Shown here piece after piece: positions 15,928-27,721 of a DNA stretch of 64,000 nt (the first letter of the stretch is position 1; each line of letters begins with the position of its first letter). This stretch comes from the human T2T-CHM13v2.0 reference genome, Homo sapiens. The notes beneath the pieces were generated by a model, which was not told the DNA's origin, did no database searches, and was given only the letters and a program-made list of their open reading frames with translations. Made by a program: the position numbers and the translations under genes. The DNA is taken from the NCBI RefSeq assembly GCF_009914755.1, contig NC_060940.1; one strand, written 5' to 3'.

Positions 15928-17439
15928 GTACTAATACTGTTTCTACTTTAGAGATGAAACTAGGCACAGAGATTGAGGATCTTGCCGTGGTCACACAGCT
16001 AGTAAATGGTAGAGTGCCTCTTAAACCCAAGCATTCTGGCTACCCAATCTGTGCTGTTAATCACTACATCAAATTGACCCTAACGAGGCACTTATTTGCA
16101 GCCAGCACTGAGCTTAATGCTTTACATATGATGATAAAATTAACAAAAGAACCAGGTTAAGAAGTATTGTTTATCTTCTGGTTTTGCAGATTTGGTCATA
16201 CAGAGTCCAGACTTGAATCTTGGTGTTTCTAGAGTCCTGTCTACATTCTTAGGCACCTTGCTTTATGAAGGATTCTGACGAATCCTGCCTTTCTCACTTA
16301 ATTTTCCATAAATTAACCTGTGAACCTCAGTTTTGTCATCTGCAAGTGAAGGTAATACCTATCCTCTAGTGTGGCTCTAAGGATTCAGTGATAAAAGTGC
16401 GCACAAAGTTGTCAGACATAGTACTGAATGCCAAACATTTGTTGATGGTGCTGGTGCAGATGTTAGTGTGTTGGTTTGCTTACACCCAATGAGACTGACT
16501 TATTGTTACCCTTTATTTCATGAGAAATTCTCCTTATGGGCACTGAAAGATGGCAAATCTTCTTTGGCAGCTTTAGGAATCATTAAAGAAATGATTCTTA
16601 AACAGGGAGTGGAAATTAGAGTCACTTATGGAACTTTGAAGTATATTATTTGATGCATTTATATCATTTCCGGTCTCTCTCCAGTCACTTTTCCAGACTG
16701 TTTCCAGATCTTCTTTTGCTTCTTAATGATTGTGCTTTGAGAGCAAATGATGCAAATTGAATCTGATTTTCCATTTTAGCAAATCACCTTAATAGTGACT
16801 TCTTTTTATCTCCTAGGCCTACAACCCCTGAAGGTTGGCTCATTAGGTCTGGGACACTGCCTTGAAGATATATACTTAAAAGCACTACGTGTGATTCTGA
16901 TTTGTACTCTAGTAGAAAACTGCAATATAATGTACCTCCTCAAGACAGTCAGAATGCACGTGACTTATGCAGGTTAATGGCCCTGAGGAGTGTCTGCCTA
17001 CCAGATCCTTAGACCAAGTGAGAGTTAAGAATCTGGGGAACTATTCAGAAGCACTAGAACTGCCCTACCTGTGGTAAAATAACTAAATAGTAATACATAG
17101 CAGGAAGTCCAAGATTATAGGATTGTATGACTGGTCATTAAACATCTCCAGTGTCAGCATTTGATTTTTTGAGATCATAATAATTCTGTGATCTTCAACA
17201 TAACTAACCATTACTTTTCTGTTCTTTTATATAAATGTGGTTAGGAAGGTAAATTAAGAAAATTTTATGAGAGGAAGTTGAACTGAAAATACTGTTACTT
17301 GGCTGTAATATTTCAGGTTGAATACGGACACTAATGAAATAGAATGTAATGATAAAAGCTTTCCAATTCTTACCATTCTTATAAATTTTTATAAACTTGT
17401 TACAATACTCAAAACAGTTGTGTGGAAAAGCTATACTAG

Positions 17440-17891
<452 letters not shown>

Positions 17892-18175
17892 CAAAATTCT
17901 TTTATTTACCGATATGTTAACAATGTATTCATTCAGCAAGTATTTATCAAGGGGCTGTTATGTCCTCTAGGATCTTAGGATAGTATCAGTTGAACATAGA
18001 AAGTTGGTGGCTAGAAGATAACCAGTGCCCTTGTCACCATTCTGCCAAGGATCATAGCTTGTTAAATTGAGGAGCCACATATATTTATAACATATTCGTC
18101 ATTTTTCTTAGATTTTAGTATCATTTTGAAATGGCCTAACACTTTATAAATAGTTGTACTTCTCCTTTATCCTAG

Positions 18176-20761
18176 ATATAAACCACAGTACTTCAGGATC
18201 CCATTATGAAAATTCCCAGCGGGGACCTGTGTCTTCTACAAGTGATTCTAGCACAAACTGTAAGAATGCTGTTGTAAGTGACTTGTCGGAAAAAGAAGCA
18301 TGGCCCTCAGCCCCTGGCAGTGATCCGGAGTTGGCTTCAGAATGTATGGATGCTGATTCTGCCTCCAGTTCTGAATCAGAGAGAAACATCACTATCATGG
18401 CTTCAGGGAACACAGGTGGTGAAAAAGATGGCCTTCGGAATAGCACTGGACTTGGTTCCCAAAACAAGTTTGTAGTTGGTAGCAGCAGCAATAATGTGGG
18501 CCATGGAAGTAGTACTGGGCCATGGGGTTTTTCCCATGGAGCCATAATAAGCACATGTCAGGTCTCTGTGGATGCTCCTGAAAGCAAATCTGAAAGTAGC
18601 AACAATAGAATGAATGCTTGGGGCACTGTAAGTTCTTCATCAAATGGAGGGTTAAATCCAAGCACTTTGAATTCAGCTAGCAACCATGGTGCCTGGCCAG
18701 TATTAGAGAACAATGGACTTGCCCTAAAAGGGCCTGTAGGGAGTGGTAGTTCTGGCATTAATATTCAGTGCAGTACTATAGGCCAGATGCCTAACAATCA
18801 GAGTATTAACTCTAAAGTGAGTGGTGGTTCTACCCATGGTACCTGGGGAAGCCTTCAGGAAACTTGTGAATCTGAAGTAAGTGGTACACAGAAGGTTTCA
18901 TTCAGTGGTCAACCTCAAAATATTACCACTGAAATGACTGGACCAAATAACACTACTAACTTTATGACCTCTAGTTTACCAAACTCCGGTTCAGTGCAGA
19001 ATAATGAGCTGCCTAGTAGTAACACAGGGGCCTGGCGTGTGAGCACAATGAATCATCCTCAGATGCAGGCTCCATCAGGTATGAATGGCACTTCCCTTTC
19101 TCACCTTAGCAATGGAGAGTCAAAAAGTGGAGGCTCTTATGGTACTACATGGGGTGCCTATGGTTCTAATTACTCTGGAGACAAATGTTCAGGCCCTAAT
19201 GGCCAAGCTAATGGTGACACTGTGAATGCAACTCTAATGCAGCCTGGCGTAAATGGTCCTATGGGCACTAACTTTCAAGTTAACACAAACAAAGGAGGTG
19301 GTGTGTGGGAATCTGGTGCAGCAAACTCCCAGAGTACATCATGGGGAAGTGGAAATGGCGCAAATTCTGGAGGAAGTCGAAGAGGATGGGGAACCCCTGC
19401 ACAAAACACTGGCACTAATTTACCCAGCGTTGAGTGGAACAAACTGCCTAGCAATCAGCATTCCAATGATAGTGCAAATGGCAATGGTAAGACGTTTACA
19501 AATGGATGGAAATCTACTGAGGAAGAGGATCAGGGTTCTGCCACATCTCAGACAAATGAGCAAAGCAGTGTGTGGGCCAAAACAGGAGGTACAGTGGAGA
19601 GCGATGGTAGTACAGAAAGCACTGGACGCCTTGAGGAAAAAGGAACTGGGGAAAGTCAGAGTAGAGACAGAAGAAAAATTGATCAGCACACATTACTCCA
19701 AAGCATTGTAAACAGAACTGACTTAGATCCACGTGTCCTGTCCAACTCTGGTTGGGGACAGACTCCTATTAAGCAGAATACTGCCTGGGATACAGAAACA
19801 TCACCTAGAGGGGAACGAAAGACTGACAATGGGACAGAGGCCTGGGGAAGCTCTGCAACACAGACTTTTAACTCAGGGGCATGTATAGATAAGACTAGCC
19901 CTAATGGTAATGATACCTCATCTGTATCAGGGTGGGGCGATCCCAAACCTGCTTTGAGGTGGGGAGATTCCAAAGGCTCAAACTGCCAGGGGGGGTGGGA
20001 AGATGATTCTGCTGCTACAGGAATGGTCAAGAGCAATCAGTGGGGGAATTGCAAAGAGGAGAAGGCTGCATGGAATGACTCGCAAAAGAATAAACAGGGA
20101 TGGGGTGATGGACAAAAATCAAGCCAAGGGTGGTCTGTTTCTGCCAGTGATAACTGGGGAGAAACTTCAAGGAATAACCATTGGGGTGAGGCCAATAAGA
20201 AATCCAGCTCAGGAGGTAGTGACAGTGACAGGTCCGTTTCCGGTTGGAACGAACTTGGTAAAACTAGTTCTTTCACTTGGGGAAACAACATAAATCCAAA
20301 TAATTCATCAGGATGGGATGAATCTTCTAAACCTACTCCTTCCCAGGGATGGGGAGACCCTCCAAAGTCTAATCAGTCTCTAGGTTGGGGAGATTCGTCA
20401 AAGCCAGTCAGCTCTCCAGACTGGAACAAGCAACAAGACATTGTTGGATCTTGGGGAATCCCACCAGCTACAGGCAAACCTCCTGGTACAGGCTGGCTGG
20501 GGGGACCTATACCAGCCCCAGCAAAAGAAGAAGAACCCACAGGCTGGGAGGAACCATCCCCAGAATCTATACGTCGCAAAATGGAGATTGATGATGGAAC
20601 TTCAGCTTGGGGAGATCCAAGCAAATACAACTACAAAAATGTGAACATGTGGAACAAAAACGTCCCAAATGGCAACAGCCGTTCAGACCAGCAAGCACAG
20701 GTACATCAGCTGCTAACGCCTGCAAGTGCCATCTCAAACAAAGAGGCAAGCAGTGGCTCTG
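18176..20761 (+). CDS. TNRC6A: TNRC6A giant exon (inferred exon 6): GW/WG-repeat Argonaute-binding region
   Basis: cctag|ATATA acceptor and TG|gtaagt donor; 2586 nt inside the 886-aa ORF; many GW/WG motifs including DNGTEAWG (19825) and [10 protein letters not shown] (20590). Confidence 0.97.
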
Positions 20762-21655
20762 GTAAGTTTCTATTTTATGAAATCAAGCCTTGTTTTAACT
20801 TACTGTTATTATAAGATTTGTATAACAAAGTACTTGGATATGCACACAAAGGCTGTTCTTACTGTAATCCAGAAGCAGCTTGAAAAAAATTATAGGGGTG
20901 ATGTTTACCACCAGAGAACAGAACTCCACTTTTGGCAGTGTTGTTTGAGTCCTGCACACTTCATTCTCTATTAGAAATGCAAGAGAAGGCGAATTGGACA
21001 AAGGCGGTCAAGTGGGAATGCTGTACACTTCTCCAAGTTGTTTTTGAGTTAGGCCTTAACTTGTGGTTTTATTATTTGACTAAAATATCTCCAGAAATAA
21101 AACAAGTATCTCATAAATACAGTACTCTCTAAACATTAGGTTGTATATTTGGCTTTAGAAGGGATTTTTTTTTTTAAGTAGGTGAGAAATCCAACTCTAC
21201 TTAGATACAGTATATATGTTTGTGTATTTAAAACATTTGACAATACCTTTCTAGTATATCCTTACTTTCCTCTCTAATAATGAACTAATTCCTATCTCTG
21301 CAAATTTTCCCAACAACATTTTTGTTAAGTGTGATTGGCTACATTGTCTTTGTTAATAAAAGTTTTATTGACTTAATAGTCTCATTGGAAGTGGATATGG
21401 GAGTGCTTTCATGAGCTAACTTTTTGGCACTGAATTTTTTTTTTTTAGTCTAAGTATAGTTTGTTGTATTAATTTAGGTTTGATTCTTAAAAGGAAGAAG
21501 TATGTATCTAAGATGAAGCCTGTTGGCTTTGATTTTTTTTAATGAAACATTTATGGCTTTTTTTTTTTTTTTTTTTTTTTTTGCTTTGGACAACCTCAGC
21601 CTAATACTTCAGATTTTAAAATAAGCATTGTTCAGCATATGTAAAAAGTAGGTGA

Positions 21656-22102
<447 letters not shown>

Positions 22103-22416
22103 TGACTTGACTTTTTCAGGAATTAAACTGATGCTCAAAGGAGAGTGGTTTTCCATAACTATGCAAAAATCAGCTCTAGGTCTAGAGGGTAATTATGAAA
22201 AAAGTTAAAAAAATTCTCACCTTATATTAATGGGAAATAGTTTGTCTTTTTTTAACATAAAACAGATGCCATCTTTTTGCCTATCACAGTATCATTATTC
22301 AGTACATAAACATGAAGTTCTTCATCCTTGGTCCCTAAGTTTTCTTTATTGTCCCTTATTCCACTGCACCTCCTTACCTTCTATGCTGATGACTTCTTTT
22401 CCCACACTTTCTAAAG

Positions 22417-22593
22417 GCTGGGGTGAGCCCTGGGGGGAGCCTTCTACTCCAGCCACAACTGTGGATAATGGTACTTCAGCATGGGGTAAGCCCATAGACA
22501 GTGGTCCCAGCTGGGGGGAACCCATTGCTGCGGCATCCAGCACATCCACGTGGGGCTCCAGCTCTGTTGGTCCACAAGCATTAAGCAAATCTG
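22417..22593 (+). CDS. TNRC6A: TNRC6A exon 7: Ago-hook ([10 protein letters not shown])
   Basis: aaag|GCTGG and CTG|gtaagt; 177 nt, phase 1-1. Confidence 0.95.
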
Positions 22594-23487
22594 GTAAGTT
22601 ATTGACAATGCCTGGTAGCTGTTATGTAGCAGTGGCGAACACTCACTGACTATAATTAAATAATTAGATAAGGTTTCTATGTTATTTATAATATATTCAT
22701 ATAATGTAACATGATAGATGATGTTCAGTATTTTGCTCTTTGATTTTGTAACGTGGTTTATTCTCTTTCTGAATTTTCCTCTTTTCTCATATTTCTTAGA
22801 ACTGTAACTATTCATTTGCATATACTTCATCAAATCTAAATTATATTTTACCAAATTAGGTTATCTAGGAAGAGTCTACTAGCAACTTTCATGCCATCCA
22901 GCCTGAGAGGCCAACTAGTGTAGCCATGAGGACACATATTCAGACTGTCAGATGATTCCCTGAAAGTTACAATTAGCATAGTTCAGAAAAGACCCAAGAT
23001 TGAAATTAACATTGTCATTATCCCATAGGCTGTGTACAAGATGCCCGGTAGGAATCCCAAGGGCCATGTGTGAAGATAAGATGCTTTCTGCTTAAGGCTT
23101 TGAATACTCTCTGGCCATTCTCCCTAAAAATATATATAAAAATTAATTCTTTCAAATTTCATTCATCTTCTTTGTCCTGTGCATCACTATGCAGATTATT
23201 AAGTGGGTACAAACAAGAGTGCTACCATTGTCCATGTTCAAGAACTATGATTTGTTAAAGGCATGGAGGAGTTTTATTAAATTTTTAAATAAGAATATAT
23301 TATTTTTCATGGAAGGTTTAGCTCAGTATAAAACATACTTTCCTTCTGTGCAGATGCAGGAAGGGAAATAAGTGTGCACGTGTGTGTTTTCTTAGGTTCT
23401 CTACCCAATTTTTAATATATACTTATTCTCCAGAAGGAATTCTTTTATTAAAGTATGTTTCTCTTTATATCACAAATCCACAATCAG

Positions 23488-23663
23488 GGCCAAAATCTAT
23501 GCAAGATGGCTGGTGTGGTGATGATATGCCATTGCCTGGAAATCGCCCCACTGGCTGGGAAGAGGAAGAGGATGTGGAGATTGGAATGTGGAATAGTAAT
23601 TCATCTCAAGAGCTTAACTCATCTTTAAATTGGCCACCATATACAAAGAAAATGTCATCGAAG
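23488..23663 (+). CDS. TNRC6A: TNRC6A exon 8
   Basis: tcag|GGCCA and AAG|gtaaac; 176 nt; PKSMQDGW...YTKKMSSK. Confidence 0.94.
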
Positions 23664-24624
23664 GTAAACATTTCAAGGGCAAAGCCCTTGAAACTTTAAA
23701 TTCCAAAGGTAGTTTACCCACAGAAAATTAACTTTTCGCCTGCCCATTTCTGGCGGTCAGTACAGTCCAGGCAGCCCCCACCTTAGGTATAGCCACTTGT
23801 ATGGGCAGCCACCTAGAGAAACATAAGAAAGACCACAGGAACTTCCTTTCTCCCCACTGCTACAGCTTGGGATTTCTCTCTTCCTCCCCCTCCACCAGTG
23901 CTGCCTGGGACAACCCCTCATCCTAGGGTGGTGCCTGCAGTGGTGAGGATGAAGAGGAGGGCAAATCTCCATGTTGACTCTTTCCATCCCACTGCCAGTT
24001 CATCTCCCATTTCATTTCCTCACCTGGAGTCCCCCGCCACCCGCTTACCCAGAGTCACCATCCTCCTTATTCACCTGTCATGTTTGTCCCTATCCCATCC
24101 CAAAAGGTCCTGTGACAAAAATCCCTAGGAATGATCTGAGCTTGGTTTTGCTTTTATGTGTGGACAAATCATATTCCTAAAGCTGGCTGTACATCGAAAT
24201 CCCATGGCATTTGTTAAAAATGCAGCTTCCTGTACCTCAGGTCTACTGAAGTTTTGGAAATTGGACCAAGTTTCTTATCCTAAAGAAACTCCTCAAATGT
24301 CTCTGATGCAGAGCCAGGTTTGGGAAGCACTGATTTAGAGCACTGGTTCTTAAGAGGTGGCACTGGGGGCTGCTGTCAGATCCTCCTGGGGACCATTTTC
24401 AAAATATGTGCCCAGTCCCCCAGGTGGTTCTAACATAACATCCTAACCCACCCTACTTGAGAATGATTACCTTTTGAGGGACCTTAGAAGTCAGATACCA
24501 GTGGATAGCTGGACTAGGTAACTGCCAAGGTTCCTCACTTTTAATCCTGGGATTCTAAGTCTAGGACCTGCCATTTTCATTTTTAAAATTTTTCATTTGG
24601 CTGAATTTGCCTATTGCCTTGCCA

Positions 24625-24824
24625 TATAGCTTATGAAGTGCTTTTACATGTTTTACATAAGTCATTTGATCCTCACAACCATCTAAGATAGGACACTGAT
24701 GAATTTGAGACTGGAAAAGGTGGTGACTTGCCCAAAGTTGCGATAACTAGTAAGCGACAGAGTAAGGACTTAAGTTTAGGTCTTCCAATTCCAAACCCCA
24801 TGTTCTTCCCACTGGACCATGCTG
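24625..24824 (-). mobile_element. MIR relic abutting the acceptor of the mini-exon
   Basis: ctcacaac...gtgacttgcccaaag...ctagtaagcgacagag: MIR core. Confidence 0.7.
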
Positions 24825-24850
24825 TTTTGTGACTTTGTCTTTCCTTACAG

Positions 24851-24883
24851 GGTCTGAGTGGCAAAAAAAGGAGAAGGGAAAGG
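24851..24883 (+). CDS. TNRC6A: TNRC6A 33-nt mini-exon 9 encoding the basic NLS GLSGKKRRRER
   Basis: ttccttacag|GGT and AGG|gtgtgt; phase 0-0; needed to reach 1709 aa from ATG 18346. Confidence 0.9.
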
Positions 24884-24949
24884 GTGTGTAGCCTTTTTAC
24901 TCTTTCTCCTTTGTTTCTACTAGTAAAAATCTTTAGAAAGCAACTGCAA

Positions 24950-25060
24950 ACATTTATTTAGCCTCTGCTGTGTGCCAGGTACTGTGCTTGGTGCTGGGGA
25001 TTCAAATACACTAAGATATGAGTTTCACCTTTCGGGAGCTCACAGTCTAGTATGGGGCAT
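24950..25060 (-). mobile_element. L2 3'-end relic
   Basis: tgtgtgccaggtactgtgcttggtgctgggga...ggagctcacagtctagt. Confidence 0.65.
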
Positions 25061-26433
25061 TAGGAGAGCTTCATAGAAGTGTCAGCTTGAATTTGGAAGA
25101 TGCTTGGGATGGGATGTGTTAAGGAAGATAGTAGCCCAACATAACCAAAATGTAGAATTTTTAGGAAGAAGTGACAAGAGATCTGGCTCTGTAGTTGAGG
25201 CAGATTGTAGTGTCTTCAGTAGCATGCCAAGGAATTTGAACTTTATTTTGTGTAAAATATGGAACCAACGAAATTGAGTAGAAAACAACATCAGTGGGGT
25301 TTTTAAATTACTAATTTTAAAAGAAAGCTAATCAGTGATAGTATGAAATATAAATTGGTGCAGAGGGGAGACCACAGTTAGGGATCTCAGGGAGCATCTG
25401 CGTTAATTCAAGCTAGAAAGGACAGCTTGAGTTGGGAAATAAGAATGGATATATAGTGGAAGGGACTAATTTGAGAGGCATTTCAGTCAGAATAGAAAGG
25501 ACAGAAGAACTTGGCAACTAGTTAGGTATGGGGATGGATGGGGTGAAAGGAAAAGGGATCAAAGCCAACTTCAGAATCTGCGGAGAGAGTTAGATGCTTG
25601 CTTCAGAGACCTGCATTTGGGGGGAAGTTGTGAAGCTGTGTTCTGTTCCACAGTCAGAAGGAATGGACAGTAGCAATGGGAAGGGGTAATGAAGTAATGA
25701 AGGCAACAGACTGAGAATGGTCCAGTGAGACCATAATGAGAGACATAGATCTCTATGGCTTCCAGCCTCCTTGTCTACCAGACTGCTGATCACAGACCCT
25801 CCATCCTCTTAACTCATGTCTCAATGGAGTTTGCGTACCACCCATACCCCAACCAGCCGCAGAGAGCCAGCCCTAAGCAGGAGGAATCCCAGGTTCAACT
25901 TCTGCTAGAGATGTTGTGTTCTTGGCAACACAAATTGAAATTTTAAAATACTTTTTCATGTGGAAAACACATGGTGTTTTTTCAGTAGGATGCATATAGC
26001 ATAATTAAATTAGGGGTTAAGTTGGCTTCTTTGGACTAACCTTAGAACCTAGTCACTATTTTTTTACTTTGGTTTGGAGTGAGAATTCCAGAAATCTAAA
26101 TTATAACTAATCTTACAGTTCTCCGTTACTCAGAGGCCCTGTTTTCATATTTGTGGGTCATCGAGGCCTTTTGCTTCCGTCTTTTCCTTCTGACTGCTTG
26201 CCTTTAGAGATTTCTCTGTACATTACAGCTATACCAGAGGACTGGAGCAAAGGAAGTTGAAAATCAAATAAGTTGATTTTTAATTATTAACAACTCTGAT
26301 AAGAGTTGATTGGAGGAGAAATTATTGGCTAAAAATGAGAATTGGGGATTGTCTTAAGTTTTATTAATCCGTCACTATACCCAGATAAACAGAGATGGCC
26401 ATGGCATCTTTTCTACTCTTTTATTTTACAAAG

Positions 26434-26514
26434 GGAATGATGAAAGGTGGAAACAAACAAGAAGAAGCGTGGATAAATCCATTTGTTAAACAGTTTTCAA
26501 ACATCAGTTTTTCG
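26434..26514 (+). CDS. TNRC6A: TNRC6A exon 10: first part of the UBA-like segment
   Basis: aaag|GGA and TCG|gtaagt; 81 nt; [27 protein letters not shown]. Confidence 0.93.
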
Positions 26515-26858
26515 GTAAGTATGTTTTCTTAGCAGCTCCTTCCTCTTTTAATGGTGGTCCATGATTTATCTTGATTTCACTCTTTTTAAGAATTATTTTT
26601 CATCTTCGAGTCCTTAGGAATGTACTTGATGTTAGAGTAAAATCGGCCTCCAAACCTTCATTTTTATGGTTTTAGCTAAAAACTTCAATCACATGTCTTA
26701 TTTTAAAACATTTTAAAAATTACATTAGGCAGTGAAAAATGAAGCTTTATGATCCACTTGAATTTCACAGATAATGAAACACAGTAAAATTCTTCATTTT
26801 TTATTTGTTTTCATTGATAAATTAAGGTCTGCTAACATGCTGCATTTTCTTTCTTCAG

Positions 26859-26910
26859 AGAGACTCACCAGAGGAAAATGTACAAAGCAATAAGATGGAC
26901 CTTTCTGGAG
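26859..26910 (+). CDS. TNRC6A: TNRC6A exon 11
   Basis: ttcag|AGA and GAG|gtaaga; 52 nt; RDSPEENVQSNKMDLSG. Confidence 0.93.
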
Positions 26911-27721
26911 GTAAGAGAAAATTAAATCTGTTTATATTCCTCATTGAGGGACACGCACATCCATGACATGATTCTACTGAAAGAGCCCTGACGTAGATCA
27001 GGACAGGGGAGGCTGTGCTCTCCAATAGACGTACACATGCTGTGGTTAAATGAGTGCATGTGCCTTGAAAGTGCAGGACCACTGTGCAGATCAGTGGTGA
27101 TATTAGTCTGATTACTTTACACATAATCCTGCCAAGAGGGAGTTACTCAGATTGGAGGGTATAGTCTTCTTGATTAGGGAACAGCACGTAGAAGGGCCTA
27201 GATGTATGACAGACTCTTAAAACTATACTGGAGGAATGGCAAGTCATTCCATAGAATGAGTCAAGAAAAACAGTTTTGGTGGGGGCAGCCGTGGTGGTGG
27301 TAGTGAAAGATCACCTGGATAAAGATGCTAGAAAACAAGGTCGGTGCTGAGTCATGAAGAGCTTGGGAATTTGAACTTTATTCTTAAAATATGGGATTAA
27401 AGTGAAGCAAGGGAATGACATGGTTTGGATTTATGTTTTAGAAAAATCATCTTGATTATAGATTGAAAATAGGATAGAAAACATTGGCAGCAGGAGATAG
27501 AGAAAAGACACTGAAGATAGCAAAACCAGTAGATAGTTGTTGCAGTAGCCAGTAATTATTTCAAAGCTCCAAACCAAGACAGTAGATGGAAATAATCTAA
27601 TTCCATGGAGACATAGGACTTGGAATCAACAAAAATTGATAACCAGTTTGAACCAATTTGTTAGGCAGGATGAGGGAGAGAGTGTGATGGAAACTTACCT
27701 GGACAGTTTAGTAGATGGTAT

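Noticed and set aside
18204-20749. Antisense and alternate-frame ORFs over the giant exon
   Set aside because: Shadows of biased Ser/Gly/Asn codon usage, with no independent evidence.
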